NCBI RefSeq assembly: GCF_006345805.1 | Contig: NC_043017.1 | Span: forward strand, 30,380,001 to 30,444,000 | Length of the DNA: 64,000 bases | Source of the DNA: Octopus sinensis | Lineage: Eukaryota | Direction of reading: 5' to 3' | Shown: positions 11,545 to 26,693 of the stretch, piece by piece | How positions within the stretch are numbered: the stretch's first letter is position 1 | Layout: the number at the start of each line of letters is the position of its first letter | The notes under the pieces: generated by a model | What the model saw: only the letters and a program-made list of their open reading frames with translations | Told to the model about the DNA's origin: nothing | Databases searched by the model: none | Program-made: the position numbers and the translations under genes

Positions 11545-11813
11545 TGCGGTCGAGGGATTGCGTGTTCGAATCTCAGACCGGGCGATGTGTTTGTTTATGA
11601 GCAAAACACCTAAACTCAACGCGGCTCCGGCAGAAGGTAATGGCGAACTTCTGCTAACGCTTTGGCCACAACTTTCTCTCACTCTTTCCTCCTGCATCTT
11701 GCAGCTCACCTGCGACGGACCGGTGTCACGTCCAGGTGGGGAACCTATACCCCAAGGAAACCGGGAAACCGTCCCTTATGAGCTAGGCGTGGCTCGAGAA
11801 GGAACAAACAACA
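11545..11813 (+). mobile_element. SINE with family C-like 5' part and a different 3' part
   Basis: gttcgaatctcagaccgggc...aaaacacctaaa resembles 26779-26900. The 3' part cctgcgacggaccggtgtcacgtccaggtgggg...ggaacaaacaac differs from family C. Confidence 0.7.
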
Positions 11814-12483
11814 GTATCAGAAATATTCGCTTCAGATCGATAAATATATGTTATCTTAAGAAAGGTTATCCAAAATCTGGGGTAATCAAATTAGAGATAT
11901 TTCAAATGTATAAGGACGTAGGTTCACATATATTATTTAAGCAAATTTGGGCATATAAAAACTTAACGAATATACTACATGTTTAAAATATATAGTAAAA
12001 TAAGAATTCTCATATACAGTGAACTATATAAAAAATTTATAAATTGTCAAAAAAATTATAAATTTTAAACACTATGAAAGTATATATAATTATAAGAAAA
12101 TATATAAAAATATCTAATATAAAATATGAAAGATTATAAAATCTAATGTGCAATTACAAATATAATCTAATATTACATTATACGGTGAGTTATATGTAAA
12201 GAAATTATAAACTGCCAAATCAATTATCAGCTATAAAAGCCGCAAATTTATAAGAGGGTATAGAAATGCATAATAAATTTAATAATATAAGATATAAAAT
12301 TTATAAAATATCTTTTACAGAATGATAGAAAAGAAGTAAAAGAGATATGAATAAGGATATAGAATGGAATAATATGAGAATTATTTTATAATGATATTGG
12401 TATATCGGGAAAAACATTCTTTGACATATTACTATTAATACAATATAAAATATAATACGTATGAAATATTTTTTTCTGCTCTA

Positions 12484-12746
12484 GGCAGAAGGCCCGGAAT
12501 TTGGCGGGAGGGGCAAGTCGATTTGATCGGCCCCAGTGCGCAACTGCTACTTAATTTATCGACACCGAAAGGATGAAAGACAAAGTTGACCTCGGCAGAA
12601 TTTGAACTCAGAACGTAAAGACAGACGAAATACCTATTTCTTTACTACCCACAAGGGGCTAAACAGAGAGAGGACAAACAAGGACAAACACATGCTTTAA
12701 GTCGATTATATCGATCCCAGTGCGTAATTGGTACTTAATTTATCGA
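12484..12746 (-). mobile_element. SINE family A, partial multimer
   Basis: Reverse complement of the family A body, including the gaaatacctatttc unit junction. Confidence 0.85.
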
Positions 12747-14271
12747 CTGATGATGCCTCCATCTTCATGAGAGGTTGACGTTTGGAAAAACCTACAATCA
12801 TCACTTGCTTTCTCATTACTAATTTAAACTAAATATCACAGCGCATATAATTTATAAGCCCGACGTGGGCTTATGAATCTTGGGCTTACGATACAGTGGA
12901 GTTATGAATCACGAGAACTTTACTTTGATTATTGAAAAAAGTGAAAGATAATCTAATTTTGAATTCTAATAAAGTGAAACAAAAATGCATATACGCATAT
13001 GCACGTAATTATGCTTTGAGTGCATTTACAGTGTGTACAATATATATGTGAGCGTTCATGTAAGTAAGCGTGAATGTTTGTTAAAAAATACAGTAACTTT
13101 TGCGATCATATTAGGAAAAAGGAGAATATTTGTAGTTAATAAATTTTCAATGTTGACAGACGACAAATAGAGAAGAAAATAATAAAGAGCAAAGCAAAAA
13201 TGTCATTAAAATATTCTTAGGCTTTTCATTAAGGAAACACGGGAATGTTCGACAAGGTATTAAATTATAGAAGAAAATCTTATTAAGAGCGTGAGAATTA
13301 ATATCTGGAAAACAATAGGGTAAACAACCAAATGCTTTTCATCTTTTAATCTGGCGGAAGTACAGAGTTTCATGAAAAAAAAGATTTTTTTTTGAGGGTA
13401 ACGTAGATTGCTGAGAATAGAATCGCTTTCGACTGTTGAGTATTAATAAATATGTAAAGGTAAAGAGAAGGGAGAAAGCGAGAGAGAATGAGAGAGGGAG
13501 AGAGAGAGAAAGAGTGAGAGTGAAAGAGAGACAAATGTTGAAGCTTTCATAATATAAATGTAGACATGTATAGCGAAATATAAGCAGAGAGAATTGCACT
13601 AGCACGTTTCTACATAACTAGATAGTTGCAGACAGCGGTACCGAAATATATGCACGCAGACATTCATAAAATTATTCCATTCTCAGGCGGTAACAACAGA
13701 AGTCATAAATTTGTGCAACACCTATGTTAAAAACCGCGCTCTCATGAAGATACCTTCCTATAATATATATAGACATGACTACGTAAGTATTGTTGCAAAT
13801 ACACAGACACGGAAACAATATCAATAAATGTATATGGGTGCGTGCACACATAAGCACACGCATCCATGCAAGCTCATGTACACATACAGTCGAAGTGTAT
13901 ACGCAATCCCAAACAACACGTCGCATACCTTAGTATATGTCAATACATAAACACACGTAACTATATGAATGATTGAACAAAAGCAATTTGTTTCTCTACG
14001 GAACGTCAGCCAGGATATGAAATTATATTAACACTTAAAAAACTATGCTCAAAATGTTGCACTGCTTGAAATTGTTTTTTCATGCTTTACGTTTTGTTAA
14101 AAAAAGTCGCTTTTTCGTGAATCAATCAACAAATATTCATACACCAGTACATAAGCTATATACGTCTTCACTAATACAAACACATACATACATACATACA
14201 ACACACAGAAACACACTAACACACGCGCGCAAATATACATATATATATGTATATATTATTTTACTCTTTTT

Positions 14272-14700
14272 CTCTCTTTTACTTGTTTCAGTCATTTGAC
14301 TGCGGCCATGCTGGAGCTCCGCCTTTAGTCGAGCAAAACGACCCCAGGACTTATTCTTTGTAAGCCTAGTACTTATTCCATCGGACTCTTTTGCCGAACC
14401 GCTACGTTACAGGAAAGTAAACACACCAGCATATGTTGTTAAGCGATGTTGGAGGGACAAACACAGACACACAAACACACACACACACACCACACACACA
14501 CACACTCACACACACATATATATATATACATATATACTACGGGCTTCTTTTCAGTTTCCATCTTCCAAATCCATCCACAAGGCTTTGGTCGGCCCGAGAC
14601 TATAGTAAAAGACACTTGCTGAAGGTGCTACGCAGCGGGAATGACCCGGAACCATGTGGTTGGTAAGCAAGCTACTCATCACACAGCCATTCCTGCGTCT
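14272..14700 (-). mobile_element. SINE family B
   Basis: Matches 3271-3660 and 30648-31062. Confidence 0.9.
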
Positions 14701-14742
14701 AATATATTTACATGTGTGTGTAGAAGGATGGGTGTGTGAATG

Positions 14743-14773
<31 letters not shown>

Positions 14774-15034
14774 ATATCTGTCTATCTATCTAAACTATCT
14801 CTATAAATATAAGCATGTGCATAGCCTTAAGCTTATAATACATGTACACATTATAAAATGTCGATATCATTTCTAACAGTATGTGCGTTGCCTTGGCCAA
14901 TGGTAATCTAGTTTCTTGCAGCCTTCTTGAAACTCATCTATTCTCTCATACGGCTGGCTAAGTATGACGATGCGGGTTTCAGTAAGATGCCTACGAAACC
15001 TTACAGATGCATGGGGTAGAATCTGCCTTTGTTT

Positions 15035-15560
<526 letters not shown>

Positions 15561-16322
15561 TTACTTATGCATGCATATACAGACGCACGAGTACGTATTT
15601 ATTGATGTTGCATGCATGGACATATATGTAAATATATAAATATATCCATAAATGTGTGTGTTTATATGTACATATATTACATACGTACATGCATGCATAC
15701 ACACGTATATAAAAGGGAGATAGTTTATTATTCAAAGTAATTAGATTAACGGCTAACTCTACGTTGCCCAGTATTTCAGTTTTGGCGTTTTGGTTTCAGT
15801 TAACGAGTATAAATTTGATTAGGATTTGCTTTTGGCTCACTGATGGAATAAACGATGAAGTTTGTGAAAACAATAATGACAACGATGGCGACGATGATGA
15901 CGATGATGATAAGCTGCTGTTCGTGGCGAAGGCGTTGACGTAGATTATGATGCGGGTGGTGACGATGATGTTGATGATCATTACGATGGCGACAGAAGCA
16001 TTGACGCTGAAGTAATATATGTGTGTACAAATTAGTGACACCCACTTATCGAGTTATCCTTATTGATTATTTTTCTACCACGCTGCATTAATCGCAAGAA
16101 CTTTCGTCTGACAGCACTTATATCATATAATGGTGCTCGCTCTCTGCTTTTACTTCCTGCTGCTCTTCTTCCTTCTATTCATCCCCATCTCCATGCTAAT
16201 ACTCCGAGTCCTTCAATAAGAGGTCTATCTAAACCTCGCTGCTGTTACTGTTATTTATATTGATTAGTTTTGACTAGGTACATGGAAAAATAAATGTAGG
16301 GGATGTATATGTATATACATAA

Positions 16323-16391
<69 letters not shown>

Positions 16392-16558
16392 GTGTGGGTG
16401 TGTGTGTATGTATATAAGATATGTATAATATATATACACGCATATATATAGTTTATATATATGCATATATATACATATATATACACATATATGTATGTAT
16501 ATATAAATATATTTTTATATATATGTATTTATGTATACCGCAACAACAACAACAACGC

Positions 16559-16605
<47 letters not shown>

Positions 16606-17447
16606 GTAATAATAATAATAATAATGACAATAATAATAATAGTAATAATAATCATGAGACTCGGGCTGAACAACAACATGGGCTTTCACTAAGAATCTCT
16701 CTCTACAAAATCAATTCAATCCAGTTACATCGGTGCGATGGAAGGACACTTTCGCAGCACAACTTAGGGAAAATTACTGTAAAGCAGAATAATTAAAAAA
16801 ACGGAAATGTTTTTTTTTTCTTTATATAAAGTGTACGTTGTTTCTTTAATACACGGTATCTCAATGCAACATACGCGAGAAGTCGAAACCATCACCAGGA
16901 CACCTGGAAAAATTACCGCTTATACAGTAAGTACGTAATTTGAATAATTACCTATACATGCAACAGTTCATGCATCCGTGTGCACATGTTGATATTTATA
17001 AGCAACATAAGGAATGCCTACACGACACGCCTATACACGCACGGACAAGAAAAGAAAGAAACAGGTGCCATGAGCAACGCTGTGCCAAACTATAACAAAG
17101 CGGCTTCCCACAAACGAATATAAACGGGGAAATTAGTCGTTAAGTTTAAAACATAACCGGGCAGTTATACCGGGAGACATAGCTGCAAAACAAAAAAATA
17201 GAGTGTATTTCCGATCTCTCAGCGTATAAGTATATCCATTAGAAGAACAAGGTAGCGGCGTCAGGTCAATAAATGCTGCTCCTTACAATGCAGAAACAAC
17301 ACCCGAGCACTTGCCAAAGGGTTCCTGTTGTTCTCATAGTCAGTTTATAACAAAAACTTATAACATATATTTGTAAAGACAGGTTGAAGAAACAGTTCAA
17401 ACCATAACTTACGAAGCGTGTTCGAAAGATCTTGCGTATTCCGCAGC

Positions 17448-17565
<118 letters not shown>

Positions 17566-17631
17566 GAGTGTATTTTCGATCTCTCAGCGTATATTATAAG
17601 TATATCCATTAGAAGAACAAGGAAGCGGTGT

Positions 17632-20576
17632 CAGGTCAAAAACCCAACTACAAACAAATAGACCCGTCTTCTATTGTCACTGTCAATACTTTAATGACAA
17701 CCCAAACCTCATGCCATCTGTCATCAGCCGGGACAACAAGGGGCCGGTCCTCATCCGGGCCAACAAGGCCCACGTTACACAGTGAGGAATCAGACTGGGA
17801 TCGGAAAGCCTGCTGCTGGAACAAACTTTCTAAGAAAGGATATGGTAGGTAACCAGATCGAAGATAACCCTACACTAGACTTCTAGTGACGCCACCAAAA
17901 ACATCGCCTGAAGCAAAACGCATAAAATAGACTAGAGAAGATTATAGAGCCGTGTTGAAAGTTTTCTATACAGCCTAACTAAACCCAAATAATGACCTCA
18001 TAGTACTAACTTACATTTCACGGAGGAACTTAGTAGGCAATGAAGCACGCAGATATATAGACGAAAATATATTATGTAATATACGTAGAGGCATCATTAA
18101 GAATAAAAGTTTAACTGAGCTGAAATTAGTTACTTTAGAACACAAATATTCCATGGCAGACCAAATGACAACCGTAACAATTCAGTTGAAGAAGGTAACG
18201 CATGCACAGGACCCAGTGTACGAGTTGCACATCCATCCCAACGAGGGAGCTGAAGAAAGAATATATAAGAAAGAATAAGAAAAGAACAGAATAAGAAAGA
18301 ACAGATATGCGGTAAAACAGGATAAAGTAGACTTACCACAAGAACATGAGAATAGGTATGACACAGAAGCTTGAGAGGCGGTTGGATGGAACCCACACTC
18401 ACCTCCTTATGAGAGCTCAAAGTCTCTCGTGGAAGCGCCATCCAACCAAAATGCAAATATATGGGAAACTACCACCTGTGTCATCTCTTGTGAAAGGTAG
18501 GAGAGTCCAGTTTGCTGGACATTGTTGTAGAGCTGAAAAAGAAGTAATTTCTACTCTTCTCCTCTGGAAGCCATCTACTCGCAATACCAGAGGGCGCACA
18601 CTCTCCTACCCTGATGTAATCTCCAGGGATACAGGCATCCAGCAACAGGACCTCCGTAATGCTATGATGGACCGTGAAGTCTGGCGTAGCATGGTAAATT
18701 CCATTGTCTCGACCACGGTCGAACAATGATGATGATGATGACACAGAATTTGAGATGAATAATAAAGAGAAGATCATAGAAGCAAAAGAAGATATTATCA
18801 GAGAACTCAGCAAGATTGTGTCTACTGACAGCATCAATAGGGAACCACTGGCAAAGCTCTCAATCGGTATAAGAACAGCAACATAATCACGATATATAAT
18901 GTTGCTCTTAGATAAATCTTAAGTATTAAGGGATACTACCTAAAAACCGTAAATAACGTCATCTATTCCACTGGGAAAGTTGTAACTATTCAACTAGGTA
19001 TACGGACGACACAGAAAAGGACCAATCATGTCAATAGACGTCATAAGTGGAAAGTAGCAATACAAAAATGATCGAATATCTGCGGGCGGATGTATCAGTT
19101 CTCGATGAACTTGCTAGAGTCTGAGAACGTTAATACGAAACCATTTAAGAAAATCAAGGAAAAATATGAAATCAAAAATTCTATAAAACTCCCTGCAACC
19201 AAGGAACAATTGAAGGAATGAATACAGCTGAAAGTCCAACGGCTCAGAAGATATGACAAACGAAACACATTTTATCGACAAAATAAGATATTCAAGACTG
19301 ATGCAAAGAAATTTTATAGGGAAATTGGCAAAAGTAAGATACGAGTAAAGAAGCCACATAAAACTGAGGAAATGGAAGAGTTCTGAGAGAAGATATGGAG
19401 CTATAAAAATAATATAGTACTAAAGCTGAATAGATAGAGCGTGAGAAAGTAAGACTGGATGAAATTGAAAAGCAGAAATGGAAGGATGATAGAAATATAA
19501 TAACGAAGTTGCGTTGTCTGGAAGTCTCACAAATGTAAAACCCCAGGACGAGACCGAATTCCTGACTTCTGGCTGAATTGTCTCACAGAAGTACACGAAG
19601 ATTTCGTTGCATCTCTGACGTCATCCTGAGCACAGAGCAAATACCTGCCTGGCTGCCTGAAGGAATAACGTACCAACTACCAAAAACTGAAGACATAAAA
19701 AATCCAAAGAACTACCGACCTAAAACATGTATCAACACCACCTACAAGATCCTCACAGCCATATAACTGAGAGAATAACCACTTTTCTGGAACAGAGATC
19801 TATCATTCCACAAGTTCAAAAAGACTTTGAAAGGATTCTTATGGGTACAAAGATCAATTACTGATACGTAAAATGACTGTAGGGATTTATGGAGAAAAAA
19901 GAAGAACTTAAGTGTGGTTAGACTACAGGAAAGCATTTGATAGTGTCCCACACAGCAAAATACTCAAGGCCCTTGCGATGTCTGAGATCTTTCCTGTCAT
20001 CTCTAAATTCTTACAAGGTAGCATGGCCAAGTGAGGCACACGTCCCTTTCTACAACATAGTAATGGGATGAGCCTAACTAACAACATCACACTACTTATC
20101 TTTCAAGGTGATTCCCTCTCCCCATTTGAAGTTTGCATGGCATTGATCCTACTCTCAAACGAACTAAAGAACACCAGGTATGGCTTCAAAGATAACGATA
20201 TGACGATAAATCATCTGTTTTATATGAGCAATCTGATGTTGTTTGCTAGAAATGACGAAGGGGTAGCAGGGTTGCTGACAACTATTAAAGAATTCAGTAA
20301 TGGCATTGGGATGGACTTTGGCCTTGATAAGTGTGATAACCTCCATTTGCAGGGGGCAAATCCCGCAAACAGCTTCCATTAAATTAGATATCGAGACCAC
20401 CATCAAGAAAGTTAGAAATACCTAGAGATAAAGGAAGATGGTATAAAACATGCTACCACAAAGGAAAAAATAAGAAAAGAATATTATAGGAGAATAAGTC
20501 TCATACTAAAATCTTAACTCAACACTTAAAATTGCATCGAAGCCATTGACATCCTGGCACCTCCAGTAGTCCATTA
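17632..20576 (+). mobile_element. Degraded R4/Dong-like non-LTR retrotransposon (single ORF, RT), 3' end missing
   Basis: N-terminal KRIK.TREDYRAV...Y-type motif. RT motifs PKTEDIKNPKNYRP.TCINTTYKILT, DYRKAFDSVPH, FQGDSLSP, NHLFYM..L, MDFGLDKC. Many stops and frameshifts; an (AAT)n tract lies upstream. Confidence 0.85.
18369..18737 (+). mobile_element. 5'-truncated RTE-clade LINE 3' end with (TGA)n tail, nested in the R4/Dong-like element
   Basis: RRVQFAGHCCR...DREVWRSMV C-terminus and (tga)n tail. 11-bp TSD atgacacagaa at 18358-18368 and 18738-18748. Confidence 0.9.
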
Positions 20577-20992
20577 TGTTAAGGGTTTTGTTTGAGTGTT
20601 GGGAGTGGTCTCGTTCCTCCTGCCTTTTGTGAAAGTCCTGAGGTGAATTGTGACCTCTCAAATATCGCACTTAGGCTTTCTGCTTTCTGCTATAACATAT
20701 AAGTCAATCCTGTTGGGCGAATAAGGTCTGGAACTTTTTCCATGTTTCTGGTTTCATAAGAACAGGATCTCAATGGTTATTCCGGACCAGTCTTCTCTGC
20801 TGATCCGTTTCCACTCTAGGCGTGAACCTGAATCCTCAACGTTTGCCTCTTTGTAAGTGGGCCACGTTTTGTAGGATGTCCTTCAAAACCTTCTCCGCTT
20901 GACATATAGATGCTATATCTGCTCACCTGCTCTTGCGCGAGACATTTACAATAAACATCGTTTTCGTCTCTTCCAATAAGTCAGGAGTAACA
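20577..20992 (+). mobile_element. Candidate solo LTR (416 bp)
   Basis: Termini TGTTA...TAACA, with aataaa at 20950. No matching TSD (catta vs cgaac). Confidence 0.45.
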
Positions 20993-21199
20993 CGAACTGT
21001 GGCCTTATCCCACTAATTTTTTATGATTTTTTTTTTTTGCTTGGGGCAATTCGTTTTTTTTTCTTTTCATCGAGGGCCAGTGAAAATATTTTCTTTTAAA
21101 GCTGGTTACGTCGGTAAATTGTTTAAAGTTCGTGGAAATATACTTTTGGTCGATGTTCTCTACGTAATTTCGTTTTGTCGTTGTTTTAGCAATTTCTGT

Positions 21200-21228
21200 T
21201 TATATATAATATATATATATGTATGTTA

Positions 21229-21300
<72 letters not shown>

Positions 21301-21515
21301 TATACATATATAATATATATATATACATATATATACCTGTATATATATGTATATATATATATATCAATATCAATATTTATATATAATCAATATCTATATA
21401 TATATATACATATATATATTATATATATATATATATATAATATATATAATATATATATGTATGTATGTATGTGTGTGTATATATGTATGCATGTATGCAT
21501 GAATGTATGTATGTA
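21200..21515. repeat. (TA)n / (ATGT)n microsatellite
   Basis: Directly visible. Confidence 0.95.
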
Positions 21516-21829
21516 TACGTGGGTCGTTCCAGTGTAGCAATTTGTACAGAATAACCTACTGTATTCTATCCAACCAAGCAATATTTCAGAATGTTGAAAA
21601 ACTTTAGAAAATAGCATTCACTATAAGGTACAAGATTAAGAAATGTTTTTACTTATGCTTGTTCATGTAATCGATTATATGTTCGATTATATATACATTT
21701 TTTTTCTAAATTTTGTTCTAAATTTGCAAATCTTTAAATGATTTTTGTAACTATTTTTAAGACATATGCCTGAATAACATATCCTGACTATTTTCTTTAT
21801 GTTATAGTTTATCTACTGATGTCGAGAGT

Positions 21830-21874
<45 letters not shown>

Positions 21875-21988
21875 CACACAAACACACACACGCACACACA
21901 TATATATATATATATATTATATATATATATATATATATACATATATATACATGTGTGTGTATGTATATATATATATATATATATATTA

Positions 21989-22040
<52 letters not shown>

Positions 22041-22234
22041 GCGCTGATACTGAAAGTATTTTCAATTCACGAAGTAGAAAAGAAAAGTTCTTTCTGTCTT
22101 TTACCTCAATTTGTTCTATTGACCCTGTCTTAGGAATGGACTTATATCTATCAGCACATTATATTTAAACGTATAAATAATCATCGCAAGGTAACGCGTT
22201 ATGTGTGTGCGTGTGTGCATGTGTGTGTGAGAGT

Positions 22235-22279
<45 letters not shown>

Positions 22280-22896
22280 GGGTAGGTCTGTGTGTGTGAT
22301 TATACATACGTAGCACAAAAATTATTTTGTGAAAGGTGCGGAATAGAAATAGACACCCATTTACATGAATCAATAAAATTAAGGTGAATATATAAAAATG
22401 TAAAAATAAGCTTCAAGCTAATATTTGCGACCTCTTACGTCCTTGAAAAAAAAATTTAGTTTATTTATCCTAATACCCATTTTACTCTCTGTCTATCCAA
22501 ACATTTACGTCTTTGATATTTCATTTTGGAAACATTTTGAATTTGTGAACATTGCGGTGATGTATTCCACACCTCCTTAAAAAAGATATCTTGCAATCTA
22601 AATATGAAGTCATCTATCTGTCAGTAATGTAAAATAACGGAAAATTGATGGGTCATTCTATTTATTAATCTTAGTTTGTCAACTTAAATTCATCTCTTCA
22701 TGTTAATCCATACGATCGTTAGTCTTTAGCGTTAGCCCTCGGAATCATTCTACATATTGGAAGAGTAAAGTATTCATGTGAATAGGTAATACCAAGCAAA
22801 TAGGATTAACGCAAGAACACATAGATTCGTAGTCAAAACAAATTACTTTCTCTTTCTTTCCTCAGTTTCTCTCTTTGGATTTCAATGTATGTTTCG

Positions 22897-23131
22897 TGGC
22901 ACTCCATCGGTTACGACGACGGGGTTTCCAGTTGATCCGATCTACGGGACAGCCTGCTCGTGAAATTAAACGTGCAAATATCTGAGCACTCTACAGACAC
23001 GTGTACACTTAACGTAGTGTCCCCATGACACAGTTTGCGACAAGGATGGCCCTTTGAAATACAGGTGCAACAGAAACTGCGATCCGACGACCGCGACTCC
23101 GCTGCCCTAACCACTGAGCAATTGCACCTCC
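22897..23131 (-). mobile_element. tRNA-derived SINE family C (internally deleted)
   Basis: Reverse complement of the head and tail of 26779-27153. Confidence 0.85.
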
Positions 23132-24084
23132 AGACTGTATGCATACTTGTGTGTGTAGCCGTGGCTCTGTCCGCGGCTGTGAATGTATGTATGTATGTAT
23201 GTATGTATGTATGTATGTATGTATGTATTATGTATGTATGTATGTATGAATGTATGTATGTATGTATGTATGTATGTATGTATGTATGCATGTATGTATG
23301 TATGTATGTATGTATGTATGTATTTACGTATGTATGTATGTACGTATGTATGTATATATGTATGTATGCATTCACATGCCTTTGTTTATATGCATAGAAG
23401 TATATATGAACAGAATATAAAGAAAGTCAGGAGGTGTAAGATGAATATATTTATCTTACTATGGTTCCGCAGCTAGCATCATGATCCACTTTAGCTGCAT
23501 ATGACAAGGTAATAGGTAACTATGCAACTTGCAGCCTGGTCCATTAAAGTATTTTTTTGTGAGTATCACCTGATTAGATAGCTATATATATATATATATA
23601 TATATATGTTTAAGTAGTTAAATGAATTATCCTAGTATGGATAATTCGGTTAACCGATACCCGGGTAGCAAATTTACGTAAGAAAGCACGGTTGAATCTA
23701 CATGCCGAGGGCAGAAATCACGTGCTTTCGTTTGGAAATTTGTGTGTTTTTTTACTATATATATATATACGTATAAAGTGTAAACAAGAGAGACAGAGAA
23801 AGGCAGAAACAAGGAAAATGCCACTTATATTTGAACGCTATACAAATATTCTTTGAAATAAACTTTTCTTTTAATTTTTCTAAATTTAATTATTTAATCG
23901 TTACAGTTGAAACGTTCTCAATGCCTGAAACCGGAACTGAAATGTTCTTTATAAAATTATTTTAGCATTATCTATCCTGACTTGTTTTTTCATATATATA
24001 CGTATATGCATATATACGTATATGTATGTATATATATATATATATTATATATATATATATATATAATATAATATAATATATATA

Positions 24085-26693
24085 ACGGGAAGCTTTATGA
24101 AAATAAACAAAAGACGAAGGCAGGTTGAAAACAAACGAACAATTGTATTAGTATGGCGCTCAGGAAATATAAATAAAACAAGTCTTTAACGTTTCGAGCC
24201 TACGCTCTTCAACAGAAAGATACACAGAGAGAGAAAAACACAGAAAGAAGGAGAGAAAAAAAAAATGCGTGCAGTAGCTAACGAATCAACAATTGGCGAT
24301 CTGATTTCGGCCAGAGGTCAAAGATCAAACATGAGACGCGAGAGCGAAATAAGGGGAGATAATAGGTTGATAATGGGTTGAGGGACCAGCTAAAAGTGCG
24401 TGGGAGGGGTCTGGATGTGTGTATGTTACGGTTGGTGTATGTATTAGTATGTATAAGGGTGTGTGTGTGTGTGTGTGTGTGTATGAGAGAGTATTAGTGC
24501 GTAAGATTGGTCTGGACGTGCGTATGTATGGGGTTGGTGTATGTATTAGTATGTATTAGTATGTATTAGTATGTATTAGTACGTATTGGTATGTATAGGT
24601 GTGTGTGTGTGTGTGAGAGAGTATAAGTGCGTATGCGGGGTCTGGACGTGTGTATGTATAGGGTTGGTGTAAGTATTAGTATGTACTAGTATGTATTAGT
24701 ACGTATTAGTATGTATTAGTTGGTGTGTCTATTAGTATGGCACATCATATGTGATGTGATGTGTAAAGTCATGTGGTGTGTGAGGAGAAGAGGGGGGGAG
24801 AAGAGGGGTGGGAGAAGGGAGAGGAAGAAGAGGGGGAGGAGAAGGGGGAAGAGGAGACGATGGGGGAGAAGGAAGGTGAGGAGGGGATGAAGGAGGAAAG
24901 AGGGAGGGGGAGAGAGAAGAAGGGGAGAGAGGGAGTGAGGGAGCAGAGGGAAGGGGAAGAGGGAGGGAGAAAGAGGGAAGAAGGGAAGGGGAGTAGGGGT
25001 GAAAGGATGAAGGACTGAAGAAGTAGGGGTCGGGGGGAGAAAGGATAGGTGAGGAGGGGGGAGAGGGGGGTTAGATGAGGAGGGGGGGGAGAGTTGAGAC
25101 CAAATGGCGTATAAGAGCGAAGAGAGAAGATTAATTCCTGTTCACGGCGCAAACGGGAATCCGGATGGCCTCTGTGTAAGGACAAACCGAACACAGATAG
25201 GTGATGCAAGGAGTGACCGGTGGAGCGGAAATGGGTGAGACCGGTGTGTCGTTCGCAAGGTGGATGTCACGAAGGTGTTCCGCGAACCGGTCAGCCAGCG
25301 GCGTCCCGTTTGTCCGATGTACAAGGAATTGCAGAGAGAGCAAGAGATGCAATAGATAATATTGCTGGAGGTGCAGGTGAAGGAGTGGATGATGGGATAG
25401 GGTCGATGGTGGGTGCTAGTGAGGCGGGTGGTGTTGGAGAGGTAAGGGCAAGTGCGGCAACGTGGCTGGGAGCAGGGGAACGAGCCGGGTTGGGAGGTAG
25501 GGTCAGGGAAGGAGCTATGGACCAAAAGGTCTCGAAGGTTGTGGGCTCGTTTGAAAGAGGGGAGGGGTCGGTTAGGGAAGAGGTGTGAAGTGGACGGGTC
25601 GGACTGGAGATGACGGAAAGCTCGAAGAATGGTGCGTTGGAGACGTAGGGTCGTGGGGTGTAAGTGAGGGGAAAAGGGAGGCGGGAGACTACAGGGCGGG
25701 TTCGGGAGAGAGAGCAGATACACGGTCCACGGACCGTGCTCTGGCAAGGGCGGTGTGGATAGTGGTGAGGGGGTATCCACGTAGGGTGAAGTGGTGAGCC
25801 ATACGTTGAGACTGAGTCTCAAAGTCATGGTCGTCACTACAGAGCCTACGTAGACGGAGGAATGGGAATAGGGGATGGAAAGCTTGGTGTGTTCTGGGTG
25901 GGAGGAAGAGAAGTTGAGGTATGAGTGTGAGTCTGTGTGTTTGTAGTGAATGGAGGTGGTAAGAGTGGAGTGAAGAATGCTAACCGAAATGTCGAGGAAG
26001 GAGACAGAGGTGTTGGAGATAGTGGAAGTGAAGTGGAGGGCTGGATGGAAAGATTGGACGAAAGAGAGGAAGGAATCTAGATGTTCGCGGAGAGGTGAGG
26101 TGGCACCGATAATGTCGTCAATATAACGACCATATAGTTCAGGAGTGGGACCAGTGAAATTAGAGAATATTTGGGCCTCAACATAGCCAACGAACATTTC
26201 GCATAGTTGGGGCCCATTCGCGTTCCCATGGCCACTCCCGAGACCTGATGGTAGAACTCGCCCGCGAACGAGAAGCAGTTCAGAGTAAGACAAGTTCGGC
26301 CAGACGAATGAGTGTGGAGGTTAGAGCGGAGGTCAAGAAAGTGTCGAAGGGCCTGCAGTCCTTCGTGGTGAGGGATAACAGTATAGAGGCTTTGGATGTC
26401 TCATAGTAAAAAGGATTTTGGAGGAGCCGGGAGGAAAGGAGAAAGAGTTGAAAGCCGGAGCATGGTTGGTATCGTGGATGTGGGAGGGAAGAGATGCCAC
26501 TAGGGGGGCAAGGACACGGTCGAGGTATTTAGAATGAGCTCCGTGGGGCAGTTACAGGCAGAGACGATGGGGCGGCCAGGGTTGTGGGTTTGTGGATTTG
26601 GGGAGGAAGTAAATGGTGGGGGTACGTGGGGTTCGCACAATTAGGTTGGATGCGGTGCGGGGGAGACGGGAGGACGAGATGAGGTCTTGGACA

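Noticed and set aside
15842-16015. Acidic Asp-rich reading
   Set aside because: It is a degenerate (GAT)n-derived low-complexity tract with a frameshift and stop.
23630-23665. cggttaaccg palindrome resembling a DNA transposon end
   Set aside because: No partner TIR or TSD was found in the window.
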